DNA of 64,000 nt from an uncultured Christensenella sp. (GCA_905195085.1 CAJJUK010000002.1:19569-83568); one strand, 5' to 3'; shown: positions 61,101-64,000, counted from the stretch's first letter. Program-made: numbers and translations. The notes: generated from the sequence alone by a model not told the origin.

Positions 61101-64000
61101 GCAGTAAACCAACCGTTGAAAGAATATCCATTTCTGCTTGCAACTGGAGCAATGGTATCTGAAGAACTCTGTCCTGCATAAATATCTTTGCTGTCATATT
61201 TGATGTAAATTTTGTTGTCTGTCAAACTTGGTGTTATGGTTGCAGATGTTGATCCATTGCCACTGTTAACATCATTGACATTCAAAGTTACTTCAATCTT
61301 ATTTGCGGTCCAAGTCGCAACATAAGTTCTATTTCCCAAACTTTGTGTTGGAATGGTTGAAGCCTTTTCACTAGCTGTGATAACACAATTTCTTTCATCG
61401 CTGCTTGCACCAGCATAGAACAATATGTAAACCACGCAATTTTCTGTTGCAGTATAAGTTGAAGAACTGCTCAAATTTCCCAAATAATTTCCTGAGAAGT
61501 CAAAGATTCTCCATCTCACATTTGCATTTCCACCAGTGATTGTGTATGTCACACCAGCCTTCAAACTTATTGCTTCAGAATAGATTGAATTTGGATATGA
61601 TGAATCAGGTCCAAATACACCTGTGTTCAAACCGATAAATCCATTATACCAATTCTTGATTGTGAATGTTTCTGTCCAACCTGCAAATGAATATCCAGAT
61701 CTTGAAACATTTGAAGCCGTAGGTAAAGTTATTGCACTTGATGTGTAAGTGTAACTTGTTGGTGCGGTATAACTTGAAGCCCAAGCACCATTATTAAGAT
61801 TATAAGAAATTGTAAATTGTTTTGGTGTCCAAGCTGCGGTCAAAACCACATTTCCGTATTTGCCATTTGACACCGAGGAACCTTGTTCAATTGCTGTAGT
61901 TCCCCAATTTCCAGTGCCATTTGGAGTCCAGCTTGTAAGATCATAACCGATTCTTATTACATGATCAACACCTTTCAATTCAATATTGTCATGAATTGTG
62001 TATTGTTGAGTCGATGTCGAACCATTAATCCATGTTCCAGTTTGTCCCGTAGGGAATGTATATGTGATTGTGTAAGTTGAATAATTGTAGTCAAGTTCAA
62101 TAACCAAAGAACCATCACCACGAACAGTAAATTGTTGAACATTGCTTCCCGAAGGTGTTGAACTTCCACCAATGTAATATCTGTTTGTTGCATATTGATA
62201 TCCATTGATTGTTCCAACCATTTCTCTGATTTCATCAAGAGTCAAAACTGTGTCAGTTGGAGCTTTAGCCTGAACTGCAGTGGTTGCATTCGTGTATGAA
62301 CCATCTTTATTTTGAGTTCTGTATTGAACTTTGTAATCAACTTCGACAGCATTTGAATGTGAAGCCACATAGTAAACACTTGAAGGTGACAAATATCCAT
62401 TATCAGTTGGTCCAAACAAACTGTAGTCAAAAGTGAACGTATAAGTTGCTGTTCCATTTTCAGAGTCAATGCTACCAACTTGAGCAGTTGGATTTTGGCT
62501 TGTTCCAGCTGTCCAATTTTGGATTGTATAACCAGTTTTTGGAGCGGCAGTTACTGTCACACTTGTTCCATAGGCAATTTGAATTGTTCCATTTGCTTGG
62601 ATTTGTCCACTTTGTCCCGAAATGGAAATACTGTCAACACCAGTTCCAACAGTGTAGTTCAAAGTGTATGTATTAACAGTCCATTGAGCATATAATGTCA
62701 CTCTAGTGTTTGCATTTTTCCAAATACCACCAGTTTCCAACCAACCACTGATATCTCTATCTTTAACAACAGAACCATCTGCATTAAAGATTTTTTCTCC
62801 TTTTCCATTTTCTGCAGCGGTATAGAAACCATTAAATGTGTAACCAGTTCTCCAAGCAACTGCATTTGTGATTTCGCTTGGTTGAGTATCAAGTTTTTTG
62901 ATATTTTCAGGAACATTGTCATACTGTGCAGTATGTGATGTCGGACCATAACCCCCACCATTCATATCAAAATTAATCGTGATTTGAGATGTGTTTGCAG
63001 TCCAAACGGATTCCAAGGTCACATGACCATATTCAGAATGTCCTTCAGCCAGAGAATATCCTCCAGCAATGTAACCATCGACATTGGCAGCGTTGGTCCA
63101 AAGTGTAGATGCTCCGGTTGAATTTGTTGCTCTCCATCTAAGAGAATATCCTGTCTTATTGATTTGACTTCCAACATTATATAATGTAACAGCATTGCCG
63201 ATTTGATATGTTTGAGTGTTTGAAACTCCATTAAAGGTTGCTCCATCAGTCAAAACATATGTGATTATAAATGTTGCTTTCTCCCATTGTGCATAAATTG
63301 TTGTTGTCGTTGAAATTGCCCAATTGTTAATCAACGCACCTGCTGCAGAAATGTATTGAGTTCCACCAGATGTTGCTGAGAACCAACCAAGGAAATTATA
63401 ACCATTTCTTCTTGCTCTAGGAATTGCTGTCGCACTTCCTGTTGCACTTGTATAAATGTTTTTGGAACCATATTCAATCCAAACTGTATTGTTTGTAATT
63501 GTGTTAGAGTCAGAATAAATTTCTCCGTTTTCAGCTGAAAGAACAACTTCCACCCTGTTTGCTGTCCAAATTGCATACAAAGTTGTATTTCCGGCTGTTG
63601 TATAGGTGTATTCAGTTGAAGCTTTTTGATATGCACCAGCAAGTGAAGTTTGGCTTGTGCTCCAACCTGCAAATGTATAACCAGTTCTGCTGAATGTGTT
63701 GTTTGGAGCAGTTGTAAACACCGCATCATAGGTTACATTTTGAGTTGTTGTAGTTGCCGTTCCATAGTTTGAATTATAAGTAATAACATATGGATTTGCT
63801 GTCCAAATTGCATACAAAGTTGTGCTTCCTGCTGTTGTGTAAGTATATTCAGTTGAAGCTTTTTGATATCCACCAGCAAGTGAAGTTTTGCTTGTACTCC
63901 AGCCTGCAAAGGTATAGCCAGTTCTTGTGAAGGTGTTGCTTGCTTTTGTTGTGAACCTAGCATTGAAGTTTATATTAACAGTTTGGTCAGCACCCGTTCC
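28196..64000 (-). CDS. Giant modular repeat surface protein (>=11,934 aa; 5' end outside the window): InlB-B/Listeria-Bacteroides repeats, divergent InlB-B repeats and MucBP-like modules, with a C-terminal transmembrane tail anchor
   Basis: - Frame: one frame is open for 35,805 nt. The track start at 63817 is a TTG inside a repeat.
- 5' edge: I translated 63818-64000 by hand and it stays open, continuing the repeat (GTGADQTVNINFNARFTTKASNTFTRTGYTFAGWSTSKTSLAGGYQKASTEYTYTTAGSTTLYAIWTAN).
- Other frames: all five are broken into ORFs of 197 aa or less.
- Repeat signature: dozens of copies of ...R.GY.F.GW.........LYA.W.
- C-terminus: ETSMWWIYIIIGLLILLILIIIILLIIRRRRKEKQKIMSKQ.
- A terminator follows the stop. 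Confidence 0.95.
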   Translation of the reverse strand, partial: GTGADQTVNINFNARFTTKASNTFTRTGYTFAGWSTSKTSLAGGYQKASTEYTYTTAGSTTLYAIWTANPYVITYNSNYGTATTTTQNVTYDAVFTTAPNNTFSRTGYTFAGWSTSQTSLAGAYQKASTEYTYTTAGNTTLYAIWTANRVEVVLSAENGEIYSDSNTITNNTVWIEYGSKNIYTSATGSATAIPRARRNGYNFLGWFSATSGGTQYISAAGALINNWAISTTTTIYAQWEKATFIITYVLTDGATFNGVSNTQTYQIGNAVTLYNVGSQINKTGYSLRWRATNSTGASTLWTNAANVDGYIAGGYSLAEGHSEYGHVTLESVWTANTSQITINFDMNGGGYGPTSHTAQYDNVPENIKKLDTQPSEITNAVAWRTGYTFNGFYTAAENGKGEKIFNADGSVVKDRDISGWLETGGIWKNANTRVTLYAQWTVNTYTLNYTVGTGVDSISISGQSGQIQANGTIQIAYGTSVTVTAAPKTGYTIQNWTAGTSQNPTAQVGSIDSENGTATYTFTFDYSLFGPTDNGYLSPSSVYYVASHSNAVEVDYKVQYRTQNKDGSYTNATTAVQAKAPTDTVLTLDEIREMVGTINGYQYATNRYYIGGSSTPSGSNVQQFTVRGDGSLVIELDYNYSTYTITYTFPTGQTGTWINGSTSTQQYTIHDNIELKGVDHVIRIGYDLTSWTPNGTGNWGTTAIEQGSSVSNGKYGNVVLTAAWTPKQFTISYNLNNGAWASSYTAPTSYTYTSSAITLPTASNVSRSGYSFAGWTETFTIKNWYNGFIGLNTGVFGPDSSYPNSIYSEAISLKAGVTYTITGGNANVRWRIFDFSGNYLGNLSSSSTYTATENCVVYILFYAGASSDERNCVITASEKASTIPTQSLGNRTYVATWTANKIEVTLNVNDVNSGNGSTSATITPSLTDNKIYIKYDSKDIYAGQSSSDTIAPVASRNGYSFNGWFTAAKDGTKVINADGTLISNWTTATATTLYAQWTANKYTITLNGNGGTITSLTAGNNVTVSVANSQLTATFDQTGTFTAGVKRTGYTFKGWFNSDGSQITGLTNGAISGNNGTFSSTNNSVLNLANSGNIDIYAIWEADYVEVTLNVNKGTGSTTPTVSHTTLYVKYGTNYSEAIYDKANSSTSKIGLVNASRDGYSFSGWFTDATSGTQITNESVVGTGVVYEDGTYKITLYAHWTARQFTVTYFKNFDDTTTNQADTLKATFDQTYTVLGINNGLFNFDVTGWTFQYWATSSTGGTIYNPGDMTYTINGNLNLYAIRQANSYTVTYDPNDSNYQGTAVLKDGMSKVAEYYYNQAVDISSRYDRAGYAFASWNTKADGTGTTITSSNNTGLVANDGGSITLYAIWTAGSVDYTVYHYTQTIDAAKNGRTEFSVSDMSNYTLTGSAETKQGISGSTISEDTINSYYKTLTGFTKSSTVVTNVAGNSLVVQADGSLRVYLLYTRDAYSMTVEMQTGIASVSATAKDTQTNGTRTLSGSTSGKNVTFSGIFFGETVTVSAGLLAGYTNPSFAVISPEGLAFSSNSFGMPASNVSLSVVATPGQVTYKINVYLMDTNGNYPEDSAPSEVITNGLSGLINTEITISSTVYTKAGFSFDNNKTTAEDMTKVLTAEYRDGQVVGTTVFKLYYSRNQYTLTIKPNGGQYDSSSEDTQITRYFEETYTVNNPDRAGYTFSGWTLTGGFGNLSGTTFTFGAGNSVLTANWNANTVEVTLNLNYDSSTKSQPSFVETDGTIYITYDSKNIYAARTGDAYPYAPEGDVIAPKAQRNGYDFLGWFTDETDGTMVINSNGVLENNWTTSNLDGQVLYAHWDIIDYTITYVNDGGTLDPSAVTTYTIESGDSLPNITRSGYSFMNWKATDVEGNWVLNTEYPAQKNLGGMYGDVTLNALWQANVYEVKLNANQGTGTSDVTITPSNGLVYIAYADTSFYTGRTASTFPNEISGSKISPVASRDGYNFNGWWTVASGGVQVISNAGALIANVSGWTDASGNWIATSDSELFAQWTAKDNIVVTFDSNITTSYARDNVSISPSSKVVAFNGTYGELATATRIGYTFGGWFKEAGCINEVTSSTQVVNSSNHTLYAKWTANTQTVTYTTQNVTVGENSTKSVASHSANVTATFTANTGYSLPSTIIVKVGNSVIDSGYTYTRTNENKSATLTINSGYINENVEIIITGVAGVNTVTFDLENITYTGSDSATSGVAYSAYLHRVYGYDLPNSISVTINGQAANVNTDYTYVVDTDKQNATINIFADKVVGNIVITASATPKTPTVTFDANGGTVGTASKTVTFAETYGTLPTPTKAGYNFAGWYTEKLADNASVSGKTKIEETTSVTREENHTLYAYWTAKTVQVHIANFSGGAYEGSVMGSDTGEYTATYKTGDVITLSYSPKMNGANALYSFSKWVLGTEWGSTTLSDGVYAISEADTDAGITIEIRACYLVTGTATAVTEGKSGDASGGTVRVYEGDTSEATTSYSWGYTGPTQTTQIFADAKEGYRFDGWFTNSSCSGDAISTNAQYEYAFGSTGHFNLYAKFTAVDYTIDYVLNGGAWTTGFNPTTSYKTTQSVTLPVAANLTKTGYTFAGWYESETLDDDVVTSIPVGSLGNKTFYADWSANTYTISLDSNGATVPGTSSVQAIYETTTGFTITNPQKTGATFEGWTTAQNAGVVVVGVDGKLIAGIEGYTTADGKWQNASANVVLYAKWSTNSYGLNFTIDSDQIEKITINGTDYTQSGTANIVYGSEVSITVTTKTGYVIDKMTGGTTSAPTSGVGTIAGDKFSATYNFTFNYTASANGEVAYYIVVTSRVLRYTIAFNNNTGVGTMDNLEMDYFTDKALTTNTFTKTGYSFLGWNRTSGASTVEFTDGQLIEDALTTADGSTVTLYAIWSADTNTITYNLTNLSENADAPKTVITYANDVNFTITPDAGYNLPTTITVVVGTTTLVVDDGYTYSSTTGAVTIKKDFINGNIVITASGVAKQLTVTLDANGGNVSLATMIVTFANTYGTIPTPTRTGYTFAGWWTDATAGTQVTSSTTVTNPDNHTLFAHWTANIYTITLDTNGGNMLDGVAQTVYVQYDSNKIYMTNTNGVLSNEVAPRAERQGYQFAGWGAGATQVITETGALKVGVSGYTDENGNWIYTDNLQLTAQWTANPDTPYIVNHYQEKIGISNPSTTNSIHWDLKDTDNLVGTTDSEVTPYVKTYTGFTSPTTQTVVVKADGSTVVNYYYTRNQYYIDTNLKLTTYGALNGYSSNFSAFSITVTITDEDGTEIFTATGGDIYRLVDYGATVTYSNLVVANGYEYKGYSTNLDALTPDSTEYPYNPFVKTENSDRLYIFLESVEYQISYELGNGGVNGSGNPTSYETTFAGEQTFTLSNPTRTGYTFAGWDVVSWTDGTHSDTLPTIEQTTVDSETKNTLTIPANTYGNITLTAKWTANDITINLNQNGATTEGTLSVVAKYEETTSFTITNPQKVGHTFLGWTTEMNGGTLVINTDGSLVSDVAGYTSGGKWARAEETTLYASWRAHTYTIVFNGNGSTSGTMTDLSMTYGVAKNLTKNAFVKTGYSFLGWAESAGGEVVYADEAQVINLTETDGATINLHAVWGADANTPYTVTIYQANTTGAYEATATLTDPRTGTSDSRITFATSNTSITINGKKYEYTGFSYDATRSSIDNDTVMTISADGTTNIAIYFSRNQYTLTINTNGGTYAGTSTTIRQYYQTTYQVLDVSREGFDFGGWTFNGVGSFDEESKIYTFGAGNDTLTAEWDILSYTLTLTKDKGFESVTATGTGVSGGTDGVYTVVYGTSVTITYKLYGGFNFKGYESVGETQVTVSDNAFTMPAGNVGIQVTSNENDYIIRFNLNGGTGSTQTVDLNAKYDTPINLTTIETLGWSRDGYAFGGWGLSPQSTDAAYTDGQSVSRLAESGVFNLYAIWGANQYQITFNGNNSTSGTMDPIDVTFNTEVTLTANAFVRTGYTFLGWSENSDATSADYVDGAKFTYSKAGNMELFAVWSENSYTLTLDANDANYQGSAELIAGKSKTQTLKYTAAADLGEIYTRTGYTFAGWAYDAEAASPDFLATDKPTGLVETDGGSITLYAVWTSSDVTYKVIYYGQTVDAARNDLTDFTVENRNNFTIIDSETKTGKTGTNAVYDFKSIDGFTSMGTMLTNSGSNSIIILADGSLEVYLLYTRNSNDVSVEIGAGIVSVDISYSTREDGNSFTSNDTVEVFFGEVLTVTVVTKAGYATNAVITLTGATETSTNPTVFTMPNQAVTVEVYAEPNTNTPYTVYHYRENLAGGFDLFETENLTGTTDTTATATVKDYTNYQHDSNVEGTLLSGNIAGDGSLELFVYYKLETYELTLTADERINGVKATGVGVSLKEGNVYTIKVTASVELSYTSIQTGYSFARWEVEDDIVTVSNNTFIMPASNLTINGVSEAVGFQVIYNGNNGFVNGAETYNQKVIFNEPTNILEASTATRTGYTFDRWNTKADGTGEDYVAGADYTHTTTSNLVLYAIWTANKYDVIYNSNNGQSQSKTDADGATYDSEYTFLDNTAENGMGWTKEGHTFLGWSTSDSATSAEYTVGSKINYTIDGDLTLYAVWKANTYNIIYNANTIASNQTALYGNVEGSTASTPAVYGQEVTVAENGFSITGYTFLGWDENPNATTPTYTAENNKFVYQVAGNTTLYAIWQAQTFEIQVQEDGATVDTLSVVYGNDYTSGKLITDVSKYSKTGYNLTGFFTTANGGTMLFDNSGVLQNNATAASIITDNGIWAYANDLVVHANYSPKAYTVNFDVITTKPSDGSDITISETSKTVYYAQTFGQDGFWPTPSLAGYYFDGWSTSDMYRALSLEQYLDLDGATPEEDIGEEYIFERGEGSDAVKYVYVERNEDNTPSTTLVLVETVQNSFVDANDVVWDIGDEGLTLYATWIGRTDISYTVYYYLEELSYDASAPDFADYQKDENGATADDKYPEVPTKVNYNGVTYLQVRAETHNNALIADKVENYIYKYDYTGFSYKYYEYNGDTIQAEEQEGVSVGITKIYAFYTRQTYTLTLATSKGVDSVEATGTGVSGGADGVYTVKYQAEVTLKANLKPGYAFNSWVNQEGYTSVEVVDNKFTMPDTTLGVYLTATATAQNVNYYVEYYQQNIADDNYTIFGSRQTQTGTTDTLVDISNYSNTTYEGFAYDHYTVGITTSDDEELNGSLNINGEGNLVIRLYYTRNSYSVVLSANKGIANVSLDATGTVTNTENTYSVRYGDTVTLSATTKSGYTFANWTKDAGSANVIISNETSSTGATFTMAAGTVMLTANATADSDTAYQVNYYVQKTDLSFVLDSAFDEYLIATNTAGKTGTTDTLAPIDTLSAVNYVGMQYSYYTVVSTSNGNTGADSKPVTNGNLNIDGDDSLVINLYYVRETYKLTLNTSVGVAIATAIVGPGISKADEANTYDVMYNVTVQLAHTLTSNGYSFTGWVDSAENSKVSVSDAQTFTMPTRAVVLTATANANAYTITLKGNGGQTSSSQTEIDVPVTFDSDVTLPANTFEKAGYTFLGWSKTDDGEVAYADEATFKYDIVGDMELFAVWGENTYTIVYNANKGSGTMSNTVATYDEPVQLTANSFVRTGYTFVGWSTDANATEFENVENATTKGIYFDGTNYSAYNLTEEGEITIYAIWQENTYTLTLDGNDGSGYQGSAVLIEGKSATQVLKYETENADLTSIYTREGYEFVSWNTEADGTGVTYLATDTPNKLATGVAGDNAVTLYAIWNATEVEYKVNVYEQKIDAASDEFNTDNFTLVANNTYEALTGSSVTVNDYVTVRTGFEYAGFTTNKANAVVVINDGSLEINLWYTRNAYTLTVNSVAGDNGVAGVTGSAIYDFGKQVTITATINVGYTFAGFASSNPSLFGNVSAEQCTVQGNVYSYTFTMPAGNFTLTASTTKNADTAFNIVYLFESLDGEFVEDAELSADFGKVGHGQTESIITRAMIEEANKGEDEETGSIPTVKGFEYSNFGVLNEEDGTYNVVTIKGDGSSVVYVYYARMSYTFTINYYYVDTTTPITSEFSMTLKHEESHTETSPVITGYTADRDSVSCTIDGADVVENVYYTAIEYTLTYDANGGEVSSDSQKFTIENDVTLLQPTKTGFTFSHWEVTKVADETSFKMGDEFTTMINKGAYGDVTLTAQWKAETNSITYRLTNAVLVSGPENDEIASGTDFEAKISANVGYSLPGSITVVVGDRTLEADEYTYTQTTGVISISGEFIVGDVEITVVATANSYKATINSTNTTVSIDNLSFETSVETTVSTGTTLTIYAKANTGYGATGIAFTVTGGTATISSVSEENGVYSVVVSDYTDEFTIMATATINSYTLTINPAEGIYEGSSEVITITQNYNSTLTISNPTRTGYVFDGWSLSATAGGEAFGTLQDGLYRFGAGNDTLVATWHADKFMVTIDLNDVTVGNGTTAASTIVANAEVVNGKIVLYAVYNGTYETLYNADDEVVTFADFTSETLTRAGYTFAGFFDKAIMIGESTEGATQITSATGFATANNDTVIYAYWTKNSNTKYTVNHYLEKVGIETPDTANPDHWELAEDGTEVFTDGTTDENVTPAVKSYDGFTSPSTQTVTVKADGSTVVNYYYTRNQYALDIKGLFNSYSEDTLSDTTGLNTFNITIEGVGEVTGVNDRNLMVDFGATITINNLTLYAGYDYAGYSIEGGTTLAESDVTTFAEITFDMYSENIVVVLNFTGKAFDVNYELDGGENDDSNILVYYTSINEKTFTIASPSKSGYSFQGWTVGWTDDVHSSTLPTLNTGVLTISVDTYGSITLTAQWKANEYTITLDQNSATTEGTKSVVATYDSPTLGSSIDNPERTGHTFLGWTTGLNTGDVVIGTDGTLQAGVEGYTDESGNWILASGTTLYASWKVHEYTIRFNANTGTGDMDDLAMTYGVAKDLPANTFVKPGFTFQGWTRTQGSSNVDFADKANVIDLTTEDGVVVDLYAVWTANTNTGYKVEIYQQTTAGGDNYQLLDTMSRIDGTTDEALAISSTSTSVTINDVTYAFDGFRYNAGKFATNKTDNSTVVVADGSLVVQVYFDRIPYTLTIDKQEGVTSVKVNDVEFTTGEFLYGASIKIDVTVSEGYAWGNFAVSGTEPTGFDASALSQTVTMGLGNATLTAQATIRSFTLTIDPAGGLYGDSADEFEVIQNYGSTYAVLSPTREGYTFTGWSKSADFKGNLEENENGSVYTFGAGNDTLTATWKVNRYKVTLDLNDVVAGNGTTAATSSVGTVNNGKVELYVTYGTNYSEMFINASETESETAYSIDDITIAREGYTFNGFYTARNLLGTESVTGEKIAADTAFATANNETVLYAYWTANENTAYKVYHRQVNVGVYDNFTDENSTLIDTDTLSGATDSVVTPATKTYTGFRAPALQQLTITADGNASITYYYAREEYALTLEAGTGVAAATASGTGLIEQEPDEDAVNAKAYLVQYGANITLTATSNTGYSMTGFTGYAVDNLEITEENTKATAMLTMPSTTVQLVATASANRYVVKLNVNAGADEVVSENVDAPVVDGIITLYGEYNGTYGTLYTADGTAVTLESLGLQREGHSFEGWFTTPIEADESTADATEILATTKFDLTAESEIFAYWTINSYTLTVEYVYSEESVEGIAGTKAFEDQSITVKFGAEAYIDSPVLYGYTADQTRVGFANMPASNETITVVYTANPYTISYVEDGGTISGVAGTDYTTNYTKEVDINLPSIIKVGYTFAGWKVTTDFGGDLTLGNWKQNDIYTENTVSAGMYGNVTLTATWTENTNTGYKVNIYKQTTAGRDNYEKTEVTRNDGTTDSPVNVGKSGTGVTINDVTYAPDGFTYEEEKTTSNNTVEGEFIVKADGTLEINVYFSRNQYTLTINKQEGVTSVKVNDNEFTTGQFYFEESIKIEVTVSSGYTWGNFAVSGTEPTGFDASELSQTVTMGLGNATLTAQATIRTFTLTIDPAGGLYNGSADLFEVTQNYASTYAVLTPSREGYTFTGWSKSADFHGNLVETDTGYTYTYGVGDDTLTAQWQARRYAVNFNLNDVNFNNGSTTATFDVTTNEDVALKDLINKGVLTLYATYDSDYSILYTSQTGTDYVEFANLLSVTRDGYDFVKFSSNLDGTDEILSSEMCDTTTATTVYAIWTPKTFTLTVDKNLEQLDIIVLGATPVEGIANQYTVVFDTRVRLTASVYAGYHFSNWTVEDEIESTVETFDYKYETAGDVTIRANVEANQYTIHYDPNGGEGMIASESVAYGEDVNLSNGEGFSREGYTLTGWSYDDTSYALGASVRNLTDVDNGEVTMKAVWTPNDYVVTFETNLGSAVENLPAVYDQAVEIVGTTNRAGYNFVGWSTTNGTSADFESVADIGEYENLTAYLIGEGKEGGIYLFEGKYYVFNLTSEDNGEVVVYAIWSVGAAQYKVEYYLENVDNDEYTLDSTRSKFIDSVTGTEVEIEQLTIEGFEINLNHENTLLSGVVAGDSSLVLRLYYTREIYTVDFVTPRLGVKSVTGDGEYKFGATVSVSVEVSDGYVLDQITYGQDGVLTSEDLPYEFEIDSNMTFVVTVTALPFEYNIRYNFEKLDGTGYETDPDVADAILSANVDTEITYDMISEKLVEFDGFTYDRMETGITVKPENNTTIVNVYYSRNSYTLTLQTTKGISSLTAEKDDFYVVEITEDVPENEKQYSVRYGAEVRLIYDIRDGFEFESWSSAYVTGDEETGFVIAEMPDENLTIYINATTMQVDFTVHYHLEKMSSSGGSDFENDYVYDSQYDETKQGYTDEEIESVDNLNLREIPGFTYSTFASGVIINGDGSTVLDVYYLRNSIDVNVSMTEGIAKVVATVSEEDGAYAFTKEFTSAGTFSVKYGAKVILTYELTKVNDETGYSFAGWTGGVQEDAGTYYIIADTTDFNISATATNNPYIITFYGNGGQYIKVVTEGTEDTDAVTETITEITQDVVYNRSVVLTKNIFTREGYIFQGWSTDPEGEVEYTDEQEFVYSIIGDLELYAVWTPIKYNVEYNSNGGDGVMTGHTDIVYDQEFDLNENQFTFTGYTFNGWTYEADDTTIKTISKDTTKAKNLTATNGKTVTLYAVWLENQYTLTYNSNYSSVTSDVTDKTSDPETYGYTADILIKDASATGLEFAVTGYKFVGWSRSADGSGILLRAGDTVNRLTTDVDGSVVLYAVWTPITYSIAFANNGGSGEMATMEGVNYDTEVKLTKSTFTKTGYDFAGWTYQDDAGTNHDLADEETVKNLTATDGKVVVLTAKWTATEYTITYLPNDGTFDSSLQLEDDGTYKTTFTIEDDIVLIAGDMLTKVGHTLIGYSFSEISGNWAEKVDGDIALSTLTDNTISKGVYGNVTLQAKWSTNRYTLTITYQYANGDEAYKTYTEEVLYGSEFTVASPDIEGYTPDQKEIKDTMDSVDGKTYHVIYNANVYDLTFNLNDAEGSSRASIEYTTVKVVYDSTYADAYVEVEGSDNLTVGLPTPTRQGYDFAGWYLTADLNDADLITEEMIVKITENTTLFAKWTAKTDTKFTVEYRFESLDGQTYELRTDLQESITSQGTTDTQITEEMIVALTGGAYPTIAGYKFEAVELATIAADGSTVVTVKYERDYFTLTLSVEDGVGEFTATTEEQSTEEGFYIRDNEDGTYSVRYEATVVLNHTISDNGYDFAGYVSDEIETITDNKFTMIAGDAEVTATTDPKPYTITFHGNGGMTADGLDVYTQSGAEVVYRAEVTLTANLFSNEGYTFRGWALSEEDADKRIYDYAEEATFVMTTYSENVDLYAVWRPIGYDLTLEGDAGIDISKAVVTVNGEKIVLEDKMLIDYDSTVRIYYTYTDEEGTSTVVKGGYDFAGFKVGESVVGTGEYYEFTFHGNTTVVLTSTPRNDTRFKVVYQTKDLVGTGYTDVDEKLVENGTTDIAVNYGYLNGLGLINSYEGFVYSAFEDQDGSETVTIKYGNDTEEGYTTTIYIKYARLPYKLTMVSSEGVRTFTPVETIEDSITAIEGDYQVYFETPFDINLEMFNGYSFKSFTVEAEYTQGSVSLGEGTKWTLTAGEDGYYYGDTKVLGLVYDEEKEMYVVDKMPAYNITITTSSSANTYQIIYHRNLNDEDEEKTSEYVVYNTAYTIKHANTLTWSKPGYEFLGWANSKENAEAQVLQYEFEDLNDLEFPAFNFYENVELWAVWSAEDNDYTIEYYFETLDGQFEIDSSLTKTYTGKTDDFVEYEEIEKLGYEFDADNENNVLSGNILPDDALVLKVYYTRVWYTMTVNFDAGISVITAESDYIREENLGTSVFTAKVKHGATVTLDYTLNAGYDFAGYEEESLTGTDVTSGEFEMPISDISINVLTTPKTYTLTFKGNGGTFVDESDMQEKDTYTQEFTYLTSSNLTPVKFELQGYTFKNWTITVDDETVLTLNDEELFTYNFVKDLEAVANWEANPDTKYTVNYYAQKIDGTYDLVGSAELQGYTNSAITDEMVQEGFAQVEITREGYVYNRIRESEPVIAGDGSTVVNVEYNLASFNVVFDMTNEDGEVFVGIDNVEFIYNSTDGEDKTANVSNGSSVSVQYTANFKIKVATVAGYTFKQITITADDLYRVYTSEDADEQGYISYTMPEYALNIKVEIENETYVITYHKNLKGEDTTTQYVTYLEENVKLAEMFVETGYTLLGWATSAESEEVVYELNDTIAVYDRTEGLDLYGVWEANKYTIKYNNNGGEGTIEDKEVSYDELVELDDHSDFTKKGFSFVGWSTSVEENTTIEVTNKDEIQSAGIYYVTSEGKYYAFNLAGDTVANNEIVVYAYWEPLKYTVTLSMEEDGDITKDLGEMEYGKEYALPAFNTLGWVNAGYEFAGWYYLDDEGERQEIRCGISDTPSVSNLTLVEDKEVVLYAIWGKGMTTFKIRILLETLNGNYGATEGNYVDISDNQIETESTVTSRIAYDEFIVGTEYENITGFAYDTAHAEDSQVISGNGTSMVLVYYARQSYKLTINKGENIESVSIETSTGSHSIDTNAEDFVIYNVKYEDKVTMSLQEAAGYGNGYFEIDLLASVEGAALESDGVSLYMKGQKDGEQLAGDITVNTVAVANKDTRYTIQVFKQNLELGYDETPTYITYSTGETGTEIDEDAVKTLVEGNESYDFNGFTYSMTSFENGNTIAGDGSTIVKLYYTRNYYYVDLSVENEKAITTEATDGRYLFEEEVILKFTLNKGYSLDKDAGFAIVDDEGQPIEDVEFDVTELGNSLGTKDYTVVLKIPSKDFVLKVMPETNKDTAYSVVYMFQTTDLGANYEEDSNYPSVPKTGETDHILTRDDIGFGSVEVAGFKVNYSSVDNGDVAIAGDGSTIVYIYYDRLPFKMTVTFEDEMNGLISESYKVLVNGVDATIIEGNTYSVAYGQTIEISFDISSGFTFGGFEVNNKLQIDNVDGTKLTYVMGTEDITVKITIIANDNTEYKLEYYKEQLIEGSSQTVFEKAFEVTRRGKTHQYFAPETIKTDFVDNVDDLPGYEDGVFTGFDYAYYTVTIAGEDATDFAYIAGDGSTVFKFYYMRKMINVSIDYDEDQIASVSGQGSYAYGSEVTVTATAKPGYKFDHWLIDGQQIKEEEYTFILDKEVDIELVVVSDVGEATYKVEHYFEVLDEGYEMKYSEEFTGVTESVIDIESLLKSEDGFEYSHNGNGDSGYTIIGDGSTVVQLYYNLKSVTFTVSYSSGIKSVTVEGYNSSDDLELIGYDPAGMVYTYQSKYTKRLSLSVELEPGYELYGWVLNDNKTPENNSNQSRGYLFDVRGEDFTLKAVAITKQITIRFNPNNGTSEVIEMQAYYNSTIRLRENTFKNGNMKFLGWALSENGDIVYFDGAEITVDFDNDLNLYAVWEEQETSMWWIYIIIGLLILLILIIIILLIIRRRRKEKQKIMSKQ
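28241..28309 (-). other. C-terminal transmembrane anchor of the giant protein (followed by the basic tail at 28199-28240)
   Basis: WWIYIIIGLLILLILIIIILLII (23 hydrophobic residues), then RRRRKEKQKIMSKQ. No LPXTG-like motif in the preceding residues (…DNDLNLYAVWEEQETSM). Confidence 0.85.
28550..31235 (-). repeat. Membrane-proximal stalk: five consecutive pairs of M-type (~95 aa) and D-type (divergent InlB-B, ~85 aa) modules
   Basis: Hand parse from MTTFKIRILLETLNG... to ...FTLKAVAITK. The order is strictly alternating M-D-M-D-M-D-M-D-M-D, then one canonical repeat and the TM helix. Confidence 0.65.
40032..40149 (-). repeat. Near-identical 118-nt island, copy B (partner at 42456-42573)
   Basis: 116 of 118 nt are identical to 42456-42573 by hand alignment. 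The offset is 2,424 nt (808 codons, in frame). It lies inside ~0.8 kb paralogous module sets (39760-40565 and 42181-42990) whose flanks are clearly more diverged. Confidence 0.9.
42456..42573 (-). repeat. Near-identical 118-nt island, copy A (partner at 40032-40149)
   Basis: See the partner feature. Both copies encode ...GNFAVSGTEPTGFDAS(A/E)LSQTVTMGLGNATLTAQATIR. Confidence 0.9.
61345..61675 (-). other. Single-copy ~105-aa non-repeat insertion inside one Listeria-Bacteroides repeat of the giant protein
   Basis: A repeat that starts normally (…SRSGYSFAGW) is interrupted by TETFTIKNWYNGFIGLNTGVFGPDSSYPNSIYSEAISLKAGVTYTITGGNANVRWRIFDFSGNYLGNLSSSSTYTATENCVVYILFYAGASSDERNCVITASEK. It then resumes (…STIPTQSLGNRTYVATWTAN). 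I found no second copy in the visible protein. Confidence 0.7.
63561..64000 (-). repeat. Tandem 237-bp (79-codon) coding repeats at the 5'-most visible part of the giant gene
   Basis: The string gctgtccaaattgcatacaaagttgt recurs at 63561 and 63798 (period 237 nt). The first ~140 nt of the two units are roughly 90% identical by hand alignment. Confidence 0.8.
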